DNA from: Patescibacteria group bacterium
GTDB taxonomy: Bacteria > Patescibacteriota > Minisyncoccia > Phycocordibacterales > PALSA-1337
Length of the DNA: 64,000 nt
NCBI GenBank assembly: GCA_038065395.1
Contig: JBBTRB010000006.1
Coordinates: 19,493-83,492 of the forward strand
Reading direction: 5' to 3'
Position numbers and translations under genes: made by a program. Positions 52,225-62,724 of this stretch are shown here, piece after piece (within the stretch, counting starts at the first letter, position 1; every line of letters starts with the position of its first letter). The notes beneath the pieces are model-generated. The model saw only the letters and a program-made list of their open reading frames with translations. It ran no database searches and was not told where the DNA came from.

Positions 52225-53274
52225 TTATTTATTTGCCACCTCGAACTCCCCCGTGGTTCGAATAGCCGCAGCGATATTTGTATCCAGATCCGCACCCACG
52301 ACAGTATCCAACACCCGACCTCGTGCAGCATCGACAGCAACACTGACCTGACCTTTGGCGATCGCTACAGGAACCAGCTTGAAATGCGTACTGTCAGTGC
52401 CCCATTCTATATCCACCAACAGTCCATGCATCGTAGCAAATGAAAAATTCTGATCGAAGACGAAGTTGCCCAGGGAATAAAAAATAGCTTTGCCTTTGTA
52501 GATCTCTACGGGCTGTACCACGTGAGGGTGCGCACCGATAACGAGATCGGCACCAGCATCGATGAAGCTCTGTCCGAGAGTGCGCTGTCGCGTACTCGGC
52601 ACATGTGTGTACTCGCTACCCCAGTGTACAAAGACGACCACGCGCGAACAGGTCGGACGTATCGTCTCGATCTCTCGCAATACTCCTGTCGGGTCTGGCG
52701 AGAAGAGGTCATGATATCCGACCATACAAAATGCCTCATGTTTGATCGGAATAACCGTCGAAAGTTCTTTGCTATTGAGAGCTGAGCCGAACGTCAGAAT
52801 GTCAGCGGCGTGTATATACTCGCGAGTCTCTGTGTCAGCAGTGTGACCAAAATCCAAACTATGGTTGTTGGCGAGACTGACTGCAGTGAAGCCTGCCTGC
52901 TTGAGGATAGGAGCGAATGACGGATCGAAGGTGAACCGCAATGTCGACGATCCAGGAATGGCGATCGAAGTGCGCGTACTCATAGTACCCTCGAGGTTGC
53001 CGATAACGGCATCAGCACCTTGGAACAACGAAGTGACTCCTGCGAAGACATTTTCCCTGCCCCGCGTGCGTGCCTCACGTGCAACGGCACGATCGAGCAT
53101 AATGTCACCAACGAAGACCGTTCGGATGGATTCACTCTCTGACCAAGATCGGAAAACGACTCGCGGTATCTCGAACGAAAGTGATGCGCGATGTTCTCCG
53201 AGATGCGACGCGACAGACAACACTCCGAGAGCAATGACGCTCAGTATGACTATGTACACAAGATATCGGAACAT
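52225..53274 (-). CDS. CapA-family (poly-gamma-glutamate synthesis / metallophosphatase-like) protein
   Basis: N-terminal TM anchor, VFVGDIMLDR, and a metallophosphatase-like GAHPHVVQP. Confidence 0.7.
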   Translation of the reverse strand: MFRYLVYIVILSVIALGVLSVASHLGEHRASLSFEIPRVVFRSWSESESIRTVFVGDIMLDRAVAREARTRGRENVFAGVTSLFQGADAVIGNLEGTMSTRTSIAIPGSSTLRFTFDPSFAPILKQAGFTAVSLANNHSLDFGHTADTETREYIHAADILTFGSALNSKELSTVIPIKHEAFCMVGYHDLFSPDPTGVLREIETIRPTCSRVVVFVHWGSEYTHVPSTRQRTLGQSFIDAGADLVIGAHPHVVQPVEIYKGKAIFYSLGNFVFDQNFSFATMHGLLVDIEWGTDSTHFKLVPVAIAKGQVSVAVDAARGRVLDTVVGADLDTNIAAAIRTTGEFEVANK

Positions 53275-53323
53275 GACGGAAATTATTACACGAGCAGATT
53301 ACAAAGCAGATGGAGATTGTAGG

Positions 53324-54208
53324 CTAGCGAATTCGCAACGCAGCAACCCTCTCGGCAACCGGTGGATGAGTCATGAAGAGTTTGCTGACCCCTTTGGCAG
53401 CAGAAGCACCAAAAGGGTTGGAGATGAAGAGGTGCGCAGTGGCATTGTGAGCGGCCGCCATCGGTTGCGTATATCCACTGATCTTGGTGAGTGCCGAAGC
53501 CAGACCTTCTGGATACCGCGTCAGGAGCGCGCCACTGGCATCTGCCAGGAATTCCCTTTTGCGGGAGATGGCGAGCTTGAGGAGTTGAGCTATGATCGGA
53601 GAAAGTATGATGAATATGATACCAACGATCATCAATATATTCCCTACATTACCCTCACTTTTGCGATCTCGGTGCCATGATGTGCGAATGAATATATCCG
53701 AGATCAATGCGACGAAACCAACCAAAACCACCACGACCGTCTGCAGGAGAATGTCTCTATTGCCGATATGAGCGAGTTCGTGTGCGATCACTCCATCGAG
53801 TTCATTGCGATCCAGGATCGCCAGAAGTCCAGTAGTCACTGCTACCGCAGCATGCTCTTTGTCTCGACCAGTGGCAAAGGCATTGGGTGCCGTGTCCTCG
53901 ATGATGTACACCTTCGGCATCGGCAGTCCCGCAGTGATCGAGAGATTCTCTACACTCCTGAAGAGGTCCGGGTATTGTGCACGATCAGCAACATGAGCCC
54001 GTGCGAGCGACAACGCGATCTTGTCGGAATACCAATAACTAAACACGTTCATGAGGAGTGCGAAGATGAATGCGATATAGAGAATACTCGGGTTACTGTA
54101 GTAGTAACTGACAAAATATCCGAGCGCTGCGATAATACACAAAAACATGGCCATGAGGAACCATGTCTTGCGCACATTTGTGTCTTGATGTGTGTAGAGT
54201 GTTGCCAT
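53324..54208 (-). CDS. htpX: Zinc metalloprotease HtpX (peptidase M48)
   Basis: HEXXH (VIAHELAHIGNRD) embedded between TM helices; HtpX topology. Confidence 0.85.
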   Translation of the reverse strand: MATLYTHQDTNVRKTWFLMAMFLCIIAALGYFVSYYYSNPSILYIAFIFALLMNVFSYWYSDKIALSLARAHVADRAQYPDLFRSVENLSITAGLPMPKVYIIEDTAPNAFATGRDKEHAAVAVTTGLLAILDRNELDGVIAHELAHIGNRDILLQTVVVVLVGFVALISDIFIRTSWHRDRKSEGNVGNILMIVGIIFIILSPIIAQLLKLAISRKREFLADASGALLTRYPEGLASALTKISGYTQPMAAAHNATAHLFISNPFGASAAKGVSKLFMTHPPVAERVAALRIR

Positions 54209-54753
54209 TAGAACTTCACCTCGACAGGATTCTTTGCGGCTTCTTCTTCAAGCTGGAAGAAATCCATGGCTGCAAATCGGAACATGCCTGCGATAATATT
54301 GTTCGGGAAAACCTGGATCTGAGTATTGAGATCTCGTACGTTGCCGTTGTAGAAACGGCGAGCGGCCTGGATCTTGTTCTCAGTATCCGAGAGCTCAGTC
54401 TGAAGTGCGAGGAAATTCTGATTGGCCTTGAGTTCTGGGTATGCTTCGGCGATCGCAAAGACTGACTTGAGAGCTCCGGTGAGCATATTTTCTGCTTCAC
54501 CCTTGGATGCAAGGTTGCCTGCCCCCATAGCGGCAGCACGAGCCTGGGTTACCTTTTCGAAAGCTTGAGACTCGTGTGTAGCATAGCCTTTGACCGTATT
54601 GACGAGGTTCGGGATCAGATCATAACGACGCTTGAGCTGAACATCGATATCTGCCCATGCTTCTTTGGCACGGTTGACGGTACGAATAAGACCGTTATAT
54701 GCGAAGACGATCCAGAGAACAATGACGGCTATGATTCCAAGGATGATAAACAT
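54208..54753 (-). CDS. LemA family protein
   Basis: N-terminal TM, then LIRTVNRAKEAWADIDVQLKRRYDLIPNLV, which is typical of LemA. Confidence 0.8.
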   Translation of the reverse strand: MFIILGIIAVIVLWIVFAYNGLIRTVNRAKEAWADIDVQLKRRYDLIPNLVNTVKGYATHESQAFEKVTQARAAAMGAGNLASKGEAENMLTGALKSVFAIAEAYPELKANQNFLALQTELSDTENKIQAARRFYNGNVRDLNTQIQVFPNNIIAGMFRFAAMDFFQLEEEAAKNPVEVKF

Positions 54754-54764
54754 GTATGTTTGTA

Positions 54765-55457
54765 TTACGGCTTCTTAGGGGTAGTTGTTGATGGAGAAAC
54801 TACTGGTGCTGGAGCTTTGACTTTGGACTCATCGACCCCCTGTGGACCAGCCACGAACGTGAAGGACTTTACCATGTTAGTAAATGCAGTGTCAGAAGTT
54901 GCAATCAAAGCTTTGTTGTTGTTCTCGGCTTGAGTAGCGTTGGAGCCAGTGAGCTTCTTACTCTCAGGACTGAGTGTGATAGAGGCGAATGAGAACATGT
55001 AGCATACTTCACCCTTCTGGAGAGAGTACATACGGTTGTAATATCCGCGACCCTGGACAGTGTTCGACATCGAAATGGTGTTGAAATTCAATTCACCTAC
55101 CTTGATAGTGCCACGGTCCTTGGCAGTGGTGACTGGCGGGAATGCACAGGTACCAGAGACAGCCTGGATAGTCGCCTGGAGTGTACCGACAGTAGAAACC
55201 TGATCTTTGTCTATAGGAATAATGAAGGTGACGCCAGAGTTGGTCTCTTCATTCTGCCAGATACTTGGGTATTTGACTGCAAAGCCAAGCTCTGCGTTCT
55301 TGTATTCAGATAGAGTACTGGAAACCTTGACGACTTCACTAACTGATGGAGTACTGGTGCCATTACGATCACGGTCAGAACGTGAGGTTGTACCCTTGCC
55401 CATCCATACAACTCCCCCGATAACTACAACTGCGATAACAACGAGTAATATTTTCTT
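54765..55457 (-). CDS. Secreted hypothetical protein
   Basis: ATG at 55457 (MKKILLVVIAVVVIGGVVWMG). No known domain. Confidence 0.5.
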   Translation of the reverse strand, partial: KKILLVVIAVVVIGGVVWMGKGTTSRSDRDRNGTSTPSVSEVVKVSSTLSEYKNAELGFAVKYPSIWQNEETNSGVTFIIPIDKDQVSTVGTLQATIQAVSGTCAFPPVTTAKDRGTIKVGELNFNTISMSNTVQGRGYYNRMYSLQKGEVCYMFSFASITLSPESKKLTGSNATQAENNNKALIATSDTAFTNMVKSFTFVAGPQGVDESKVKAPAPVVSPSTTTPKKP

Positions 55458-55512
55458 CATAGAATAAGCTAATTTGCTAATAAATAATATGGGTACTATA
55501 CCAAAATAAGCC

Positions 55513-57156
55513 CTAGAAGTCACCACCTCCCATACCAGGATGAGTTGCGCCCCCTTTTTCTTCTTTTGGCTCTTCGGCGATCGCGACTTCGGTCGTCAGG
55601 AGTATGGCGGCGGCCGAACAGGCATTTTCGACACCGAGGCGAGTGACTTTGACCGGGTCGACGATACCCGCACCTATCATATCTGGAATATCCTTATCGA
55701 GGAGCGCATCGTAGCCGAGATTACCTTTGCCATTTCGGACTCTCTCTACAACGACCGATCCGTCATCCTTGCCAGCATTGATGATGATCTGACGTAACGG
55801 AGCCTCGAGTGCTTTGAGTACAATCTTGTAGCCGAGCTCCTGCTCTTTGGTGAGATGTTTCTTGGTAAGGTGTGACTTTTCGACATCATGCGCTGCGCGA
55901 ATGAGCGCAACCCCTCCACCAGCGACGATCCCCTCTTCGATAGCAGCCTTAGTAGCATTGACCGCGTCTTCAATTTTGAGTTTGAGATATTTCATCTCGG
56001 TTTCTGTGGCGGCACCGACACGGATGACTGCAACACCGCCAGAAAGCTTTGCGATACGCTTGTCATACTGCTCTTTCTCATACTTTGCGTCGGTAGCGTC
56101 ACGCTGGGACTTGATCTGTTGTACGCGCTCTGCGATGTCTTCTTTCTTGCCTTTGCCGCCGACGATGACCGTGGCGTCTTTGGTTGATATAACTTTGCGC
56201 GCCTTGCCGAGGACGGTCAGACTAGCCGTTTCGAAGGTCATTCCGACATCTTCGGTGATGACGGTGGCACCGACGGTGACTGCAATATCCTGTAGCATCT
56301 CCTTTTTGCGATCTCCGTAGCCTGGAGCTTTGATACCGAGAACATGGAATGCTCCACGGATTTTGTTGAGTACAAATGTGGTCAGAGCTTCACCGTCTAT
56401 ATCATCAGCGATAATAACGAGGTCTTTCTTGCCAGTTGCTGCGAGCTGTTCGAGAAGTGGCAAGATCTCCTTGATGGTCGAGATCTTCTTGTCAGTGATG
56501 AGGATGGCAGGATCTTTGAGTTCTGCTTCCATGCGTTCTGGGTTGGTGATCATGTACGCAGAGATGTAGCCCTTGTCGAATTCTATTCCTTCGACGATCT
56601 CTGATTCGAGACTGGTGGTTTGCGACTCCTCGACCGTGACGACACCGTCTTTGCCAACTTTCTTGATGGTATCGGCGATGATCGCGCCGAGCTCCGTAGA
56701 CTCAGCGGAGATAGTTGCAACCTGTTTGATCTCTTCATCTGTCTTGATCGGCTTGGCGATCGACTTGAGCGCAGCGACTATATCTTTTGAAGCCATCTCA
56801 ATACCAGACTTCACCCCCATAGCGTTGACGCCCATGGTGGTATGTTTCATCCCTTCGGTAATGATCGCCTGGGTCAGAACGGTGGCAGTGGTTGTACCAT
56901 CACCTGCGCCGTCGTTGGTGCGAGATGCCACTTCTTTGATGATCTCGGCGCCCATGTTCTCGAATTTGTCTTTGAGGACGATCTCCTTTGCGATCGAAAC
57001 ACCATCGTTGGTGATGGTCGGTGAACCATAGCCTTTGTCGAGGACTACGTTGCGTCCACGTGGACCGATGGTGATCTTGACGGCATTGGCGACTGCATCA
57101 ACACCGCGCTTGAGAGCTTTACGTGCTTCTTCGTTGTAGAGGATTTGTTTTGCCAT
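55513..57156 (-). CDS. groL: Chaperonin GroEL
   Basis: AKQILYNEEARKALKRGVDAVANAVKITIGPRGRNVVL, and a C-terminal GGM-like tail (PGMGGGDF). Confidence 0.95.
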   Translation of the reverse strand: MAKQILYNEEARKALKRGVDAVANAVKITIGPRGRNVVLDKGYGSPTITNDGVSIAKEIVLKDKFENMGAEIIKEVASRTNDGAGDGTTTATVLTQAIITEGMKHTTMGVNAMGVKSGIEMASKDIVAALKSIAKPIKTDEEIKQVATISAESTELGAIIADTIKKVGKDGVVTVEESQTTSLESEIVEGIEFDKGYISAYMITNPERMEAELKDPAILITDKKISTIKEILPLLEQLAATGKKDLVIIADDIDGEALTTFVLNKIRGAFHVLGIKAPGYGDRKKEMLQDIAVTVGATVITEDVGMTFETASLTVLGKARKVISTKDATVIVGGKGKKEDIAERVQQIKSQRDATDAKYEKEQYDKRIAKLSGGVAVIRVGAATETEMKYLKLKIEDAVNATKAAIEEGIVAGGGVALIRAAHDVEKSHLTKKHLTKEQELGYKIVLKALEAPLRQIIINAGKDDGSVVVERVRNGKGNLGYDALLDKDIPDMIGAGIVDPVKVTRLGVENACSAAAILLTTEVAIAEEPKEEKGGATHPGMGGGDF

Positions 57157-57168
57157 ATGTATGAGGAA

Positions 57169-57474
57169 TTACTTGATAATCGCCAAAATCTCACTTTCGC
57201 GAACGAGATAATATTCTTCATCGCCAACCTTGATCTTGTCGCCCCATTGGAACAACACTTTGTCGCCGACTTTGACGGCCACGGCGATCTTCTTGCCTTC
57301 TTCTGTTCTGCCAGGGCCGACCGCTACAACCTCGCCACTCTTGCTGCCTTTGTCCTCACTGACGGTCATCGGGATAATGATGCCAGAAGAGGTCTTTTTC
57401 TCTTTGCTATCGACACTCTCTCTGATCAGGACTCGGTCATACAACGGTTGAACCTTTTTGGAAATGTCTTTCAT
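57169..57474 (-). CDS. groS: Co-chaperonin GroES
   Basis: VQPLYDRVLIRESVD...GIIIP...GEVVAVGPGR...VGDKVLF. Confidence 0.9.
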   Translation of the reverse strand: MKDISKKVQPLYDRVLIRESVDSKEKKTSSGIIIPMTVSEDKGSKSGEVVAVGPGRTEEGKKIAVAVKVGDKVLFQWGDKIKVGDEEYYLVRESEILAIIK

Positions 57475-57571
57475 ATATGTATATCTTTATATAAATTAGA
57501 ACTGATAAAATCGACGCAAACACTAGAAAACGTGTGGGTGTAATTATAGTCATATAGACCAAAGGAGCAAC

Positions 57572-58417
57572 TTGACTCACCTTCTGATTAGTGGCAATCT
57601 GTACCCAGACAAAAACCCGTTGGACGAGTTGTCCGACATAACGAAAGGTTCTATGAAAAAGAAAAACGTCGATCTAACCATTACCCCCAGACAGTTGCTT
57701 TACTTGTTGCAGAGTGACTGCTTTGATCCACAGCTCGTCAAAAATTATGAGATCAACTCTTTCAATGGGGGTGATTCCGGAAAATATGCCGATCTCGGAT
57801 TATTTTTGGAGGGACGTTTCGAGGAGCTACGAGAGATCCACAAAATCTTCTGGACCACCTTGGCTTTCCTTCTAACCAACCTCACCATATTAACCACCAC
57901 TCTTCTCCTTACCTCAAATACATCGTTCACTTGGGCGCATAAGTGGACCACGGGAGTTACGGGTATCTTTGGCCTCGCTTCTGTTTTCGCTATGCTCATA
58001 GCGTTGCACAGAAAAAAGGGAGTGGACAGTGAGCTCATCGATATCGCCACCGATTTCAGTACGCTGATGAAAATCTCCGAAATGGATCTCAAACACTTCC
58101 TGAACGCGTCGTACGATGAACTAAGAGATCATCTTACGCGTAAAATGCACCATCTAGGTGACCATCTCGATGACACTGAAGTTGGCCTCGGTTTCACGAA
58201 TGATCAGTCAAATATTCTGCGAGAACGCTTGGTCTATTATTGTGAAGTTCTTACCAAATTTTGCTTTAAGACCAACCCACGGATGCATTACCACGTCAGG
58301 CAAATTGGTCTCGTCCGCTCTACCCAGGAAGTCCTCTCCGGTCGAGAAAGTGGTCAGATGCAACCAGGCGCCAAACCAGGGAGTGGCAGTGGTGGTGGCC
58401 TTACTGTCGAGATCTGA
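57572..58417 (+). CDS. Hypothetical membrane protein
   Basis: Two central TM helices and a Gly-rich C-terminus. No domain recognised. Start uncertain. Confidence 0.4.
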   Translation: MTHLLISGNLYPDKNPLDELSDITKGSMKKKNVDLTITPRQLLYLLQSDCFDPQLVKNYEINSFNGGDSGKYADLGLFLEGRFEELREIHKIFWTTLAFLLTNLTILTTTLLLTSNTSFTWAHKWTTGVTGIFGLASVFAMLIALHRKKGVDSELIDIATDFSTLMKISEMDLKHFLNASYDELRDHLTRKMHHLGDHLDDTEVGLGFTNDQSNILRERLVYYCEVLTKFCFKTNPRMHYHVRQIGLVRSTQEVLSGRESGQMQPGAKPGSGSGGGLTVEI

Positions 58418-58436
58418 TCCAACGCGTTTTCCCCTT

Positions 58437-58470
58437 TCCCCGTTCCGAACATCGGAGCGGGGATTTTTTA
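58437..58470 (+). terminator. Rho-independent terminator
   Basis: CCCCGTTCCGAACATCGGAGCGGGGATTTTTTAT. Confidence 0.65.
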
Positions 58471-58536
58471 TTTCCCTAGGGTAGACCTAGGGGCAACGAG
58501 TTGCATCCTCTCCCCGATATGTTATAGTACCTCCAC

Positions 58537-58758
58537 ATGAAGTCCCTCCTCCCGTACATCCAGATCATTCTGTCCGTGCTTCTTGTTGCAGCCATTCTTC
58601 TCCAGAGGACTGGTGCTCAGGTAGGCGGTGCATTCGGAGGAAGTGATAACTTCAGCTCGGCATTCCATACACGCCGTGGATTCGAAAAGGTACTCTTTAT
58701 AGTGACGATCATTATCGCTATTCTGTTTGCTCTATCAGCACTCGTGAACCTTATTTAA
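58537..58758 (+). CDS. secG: Preprotein translocase subunit SecG
   Basis: 73 aa, two TM helices, ILLQ..GAQVGGAFGG pattern. Confidence 0.6.
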   Translation: MKSLLPYIQIILSVLLVAAILLQRTGAQVGGAFGGSDNFSSAFHTRRGFEKVLFIVTIIIAILFALSALVNLI

Positions 58759-58759
58759 T

Positions 58760-58832
58760 ACGATTTAGGATTTAAGATTTAAGAATCGGGCAGATACTGT
58801 CATTCTTAAATCGTAAATCTTACATCTTAAAT
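58760..58832. repeat. AT-rich long inverted-repeat element, copy B (inverted relative to copy A at 27511-27598)
   Basis: ACGATTTAGGATTTAAGATTTAAGAAT...ATTCTTAAATCGTAAATCTTACATCTTAAATC. Arms correspond to the reverse complement of copy A's arms. Intercistronic between secG and the solute-binding protein gene. Confidence 0.6.
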
Positions 58833-58849
58833 CTCCTCCAATTTCTTCC

Positions 58850-60598
58850 GTGACCGACTCACAACCTCCACAAGAATTCCGTTTGAAACGAAGTTCATCA
58901 ATACTCGGTATTCTCCGTTCATTCTCCGCAACCGAAAAGGCACTTTTTGGCTTTTTCGCAGTGGTTATGCTCGTATCGACTATCTATATGTTCTCACGAG
59001 CGAACATGTATTTCCTGACGGAGATACCTGCATCTGGCGGCTCTTTCCATGAAGGCATGGTCGGCTTGCCACGTACGATCAACCCTGTCCTTGCCATCAG
59101 TGATGTAGATCGCGATATCGCCTCGCTCGTATATGCAGGCCTCATGAAATATGACAAGGATGCCCTCGTCCCCGATCTCGCCAAAGAATACAAAGTCTCT
59201 GACGACGGCCTCACCTACACATTCACCCTTCGAACTGACATCTTCTTCCATGACGGTAGTCCACTCACTGCGGATGACATCATCTTTACTATCCAGAAGA
59301 TCCAGGACCCAGTACTCAAGAGCCCTCGCCGACCAGACTGGACTGACGTGACAGTGAATCGTATTTCTCCTGCAGAGATACAGTTCATCCTCAAACAGCC
59401 CTACGCGCCATTCCTCTCCAACACCACTCTCGGCATACTCCCCAAGCATATCTGGGGCAATCTCACCGAAAATGAGTTTATTTTCAATAATCACAATACC
59501 GAACCTGTCGGCGCTGGTCCCTACAAAGTCGCCGGAGTATCCGAAGACTCTGAGTCTATACCGACCCAATACACACTCTCGACCTGGCGCAAATATCACG
59601 GAGATGCACCGTTCATAGACTCGATCTATGTGACATTCTTCTCTGATGAAGCCAACGCTCTGGATGCACTCAAGAATGGCAACATCGACAGTCTGTCTTC
59701 GATCTCAGCAACAGGGGCAGCAACTCTCGAATCAGGCTCAACCGACGAGCATTACTCGGTACTCTCTTCGCCTTTGCCTCGTATATTCGGAGTCTTCTTT
59801 AACCAGAACAACAACCCTGTTCTCGCCGACAAGATCGTACGCCGCGCACTCAACATGAGTATAGATAGACAGACGATCGTCGATGCCGTCCTCTTTGGAT
59901 ATGGCACACCGATCCAGAGCCCTCTACCACTCGAACAGTCATCCATACGAGCTACGACTGGAACCTCTTCCGATGTAGTCGCGGCCATGGAACTACTCGA
60001 ACGGAACGACTGGAAGAAAGGCGAGGATGGTATATACCAGGTCAAGACAAAAACCTCAACCCAGAGACTTGCATTCACTCTCTATACTGCCGACACTCCT
60101 GACCTCAAAGAGACCGCCAACCTCCTCAAGGACTCTTGGCTCAAGCTCGGTGTAGATGTAGAGGTCAAAGTATTCGAACCGAACGATCTCTATCAGAATA
60201 TTATCCGCACTCGCAAATATGACGCTCTCCTTTTCGGAGAACATATCGGCAAGGATCGAGATCTCTATGCATTCTGGCACTCATCCCAGCGCACAGCCCC
60301 CGGCCTGAACGTCTCGATGTATACCAATAGCAAAGCCGACACTCTCCTCGAAGAGATCCGTACGACTCGCGACGAGACTCTCCGATCCAAGAAGTACAAG
60401 GAGTTCGAAGAGTTGATCGCGACAGACATCCCCGCACTCTTCTTGTATTCTCCGGATTTTATCTACGCAGTACCCACCAAGATCCATGCGATCAATCTCG
60501 GTGACATCAGTGTCCCGACCGACCGCTGGAACTCGATACGCTCCTGGTATATCACCACCGAGAAAGTATGGGAGTGGTTCGCGAGAATAGAGTCATAA
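58850..60598 (+). CDS. ABC transporter substrate-binding protein, family 5 (Opp/Dpp-like), membrane-anchored
   Basis: N-terminal TM anchor and SBP_bac_5-like core (GLMKYDKDALVPDLAKEYKVSDDGLTYTFTLR...GAGPYKV). Confidence 0.8.
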   Translation: MTDSQPPQEFRLKRSSSILGILRSFSATEKALFGFFAVVMLVSTIYMFSRANMYFLTEIPASGGSFHEGMVGLPRTINPVLAISDVDRDIASLVYAGLMKYDKDALVPDLAKEYKVSDDGLTYTFTLRTDIFFHDGSPLTADDIIFTIQKIQDPVLKSPRRPDWTDVTVNRISPAEIQFILKQPYAPFLSNTTLGILPKHIWGNLTENEFIFNNHNTEPVGAGPYKVAGVSEDSESIPTQYTLSTWRKYHGDAPFIDSIYVTFFSDEANALDALKNGNIDSLSSISATGAATLESGSTDEHYSVLSSPLPRIFGVFFNQNNNPVLADKIVRRALNMSIDRQTIVDAVLFGYGTPIQSPLPLEQSSIRATTGTSSDVVAAMELLERNDWKKGEDGIYQVKTKTSTQRLAFTLYTADTPDLKETANLLKDSWLKLGVDVEVKVFEPNDLYQNIIRTRKYDALLFGEHIGKDRDLYAFWHSSQRTAPGLNVSMYTNSKADTLLEEIRTTRDETLRSKKYKEFEELIATDIPALFLYSPDFIYAVPTKIHAINLGDISVPTDRWNSIRSWYITTEKVWEWFARIES

Positions 60599-60631
60599 CA
60601 AAAACTTATTTAATTAATCTTATACATCATC

Positions 60632-62593
60632 ATGAACGAAACGAATCCAAAACCACAGCCATCACCTGCAACACCACCGGCTCGACCAGCCCATACACCA
60701 CACCGCACCGGAGCACCAGCACAGCGTACCTGGCACAAACCAGCGAACAAGCATAGCTCTTCCGTGGCACGTACCGTATACAAGCCTGTAGAGGCCGCCA
60801 GTCACGTTGCAGGAGCTCGCATGAATATCGTGCGTCCCGACGCTGCCCGATCGATGCGCCGCCCTCCATCCAAACCTTTCGTAAAGCGTGAAGGTGATAC
60901 TATTCCTGCACTTGCGGCAGACTCGATCCGTATTATCCCACTCGGTGGTGTAGAAGAGATCGGCAAAAACATGACCGCGATCGAATTCGGTAACGATATC
61001 ATCGTGGTTGATATTGGATTCCAGTTCAAAGATGACGAGACTCCGGGTGTTGATTTTATCCTTCCGAATACAAAATATCTCGAAGAACGTCGTGACAAAG
61101 TCCGTGCAGTCATCATCACTCACGGTCACCTCGACCATATCGGAGGACTTCCCTATATCATGCCTCGTATCGGCAACCCGCCTGTATATACACGTCTCCT
61201 GACCTCGATCCTGATCAATAAGCGCCAAGAGGAATTCCCTCATGTACCAAAACTCGATCTACGTATCGTCGAGAAGAATGACACGCTGACGATCGGTGGT
61301 CTCAAGCTCAAGTTCTTCGCAGTGACACATACGATCCCCGATGCTATGGGCGTGATCGTCCAGACTCCGTACGGGTCTATCGTCCATACTGGTGACCTCA
61401 AACTCGACCATGACGAAGGTGTTGCAACTCCCGAAGAAGAGGCCGAATATGACCGCGCCTTCAAGAATGAGAACGTGCTCATGTTGATGGCCGACTCGAC
61501 CAACGTCGAAAATCCAGGCTTCTCTCTCCCTGAGAAAGTCGTACACAGGAACTTGGGCGAAATCATCAAGAATATGCAGGGACGATTGATCATCGCTACC
61601 TTCTCTTCTTTGCTCGAACGCCTTCTCAAGATCGTAGAATTCTCGGAACTCTACGGCAAAAAAGTCGTCGTCGAAGGCCGCAGTCTCAAACAGAACATCG
61701 AGATCTGCAAACATATCGGTCTCCTCAAAGCCAAGAAAGACACCATCATCTCGGTAGATGAGATCGAGAACTATCCTCCTGACCGGATCGTGATCCTCTC
61801 AACAGGTGCTCAGGCCAATGACTTCTCTGCTCTTGTACGTATGTCACAAAAGACTCATGCCAAGATCAAGATCACTCCTCGTGACACGATCATCCTCTCT
61901 TCATCAGTTGTGCCTGGCAATGAACGTGCTGTACAGAAGCTCAAAGACAACCTATCTCGCCAAGGAGCCAAGATCCTGCACTACAAGATCGCTGACGTTC
62001 ACTCTTCTGGTCATGCCAACCGTGACGAAACCGCCTGGATCCACAAAAAGATCCATCCGAAGTTCTTCATGCCACTCCACGGCTATCACTACATGCTCCG
62101 TGCCCACTGCGATGTAGCCAAAGAAGCCAACAACCTCCGCGAAGAGGACGTGATCGTCCCAGACAACGGCAACATCATCGAGATCCAAGGTGGCGGTGCT
62201 CGTATCGTCAAGCTCAAAGAGAAGGCCCCTTCTGGACTCGTTCTGGTGGACGGATTCTCTGTCGGTGACGTACAAGATGTCGTCATCCGTGACCGCCAAA
62301 TGCTCGCTCAAGACGGCATCTTCATCATCTTCGGTATCATGAACGCTCAGACGGGCAAGCTCCGCAAATCCCCTGACATCATCTCTCGTGGTTTCGTCTA
62401 TCTCCGTGAGGCACAGGAGCTCCTCCATGAAGTCCGTATCCTGATCCGTGATACGGTCGAACGATCTTCTCGTGGTATGAACCCGATCAATCTTGATCCG
62501 ATCAAAGACAACGTCACTGATGCCGTCGGCAAGTTCCTCCTCCAGCGCACCGCCAAGAGGCCGATTGTGATTCCGGTTATATTGACGATATAG
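60632..62593 (+). CDS. rnj: Ribonuclease J (beta-CASP metallo-beta-lactamase RNase) with N-terminal low-complexity extension
   Basis: Motif HGHLDHIGGLPYI and beta-CASP motifs. The core begins at about residue 95 (IRIIPLGGVEEIGKNMTAIEF), preceded by a Pro/Ala/basic-rich extension. Confidence 0.9.
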   Translation: MNETNPKPQPSPATPPARPAHTPHRTGAPAQRTWHKPANKHSSSVARTVYKPVEAASHVAGARMNIVRPDAARSMRRPPSKPFVKREGDTIPALAADSIRIIPLGGVEEIGKNMTAIEFGNDIIVVDIGFQFKDDETPGVDFILPNTKYLEERRDKVRAVIITHGHLDHIGGLPYIMPRIGNPPVYTRLLTSILINKRQEEFPHVPKLDLRIVEKNDTLTIGGLKLKFFAVTHTIPDAMGVIVQTPYGSIVHTGDLKLDHDEGVATPEEEAEYDRAFKNENVLMLMADSTNVENPGFSLPEKVVHRNLGEIIKNMQGRLIIATFSSLLERLLKIVEFSELYGKKVVVEGRSLKQNIEICKHIGLLKAKKDTIISVDEIENYPPDRIVILSTGAQANDFSALVRMSQKTHAKIKITPRDTIILSSSVVPGNERAVQKLKDNLSRQGAKILHYKIADVHSSGHANRDETAWIHKKIHPKFFMPLHGYHYMLRAHCDVAKEANNLREEDVIVPDNGNIIEIQGGGARIVKLKEKAPSGLVLVDGFSVGDVQDVVIRDRQMLAQDGIFIIFGIMNAQTGKLRKSPDIISRGFVYLREAQELLHEVRILIRDTVERSSRGMNPINLDPIKDNVTDAVGKFLLQRTAKRPIVIPVILTI

Positions 62594-62724
62594 AACTTTT
62601 TTAGAGCGTATCCACAATCTTCATATGCGAGGCATTTTCAAGCGAAAATTCGAGCCTTATTGGATATAAGGTGAGAGTTTGAGCGTAGAAAATAACGAAG
62701 CAGATGGAGATTGTGGACTAGCTC

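Noticed and set aside
57475-57570. Search for a CIRCE (HrcA) operator upstream of groES
   Set aside because: No TTAGCACTC-N9-GAGTGCTAA-like inverted repeat is present. Only a plausible sigma70-like -35/-10 was seen, too weak to list as a feature.
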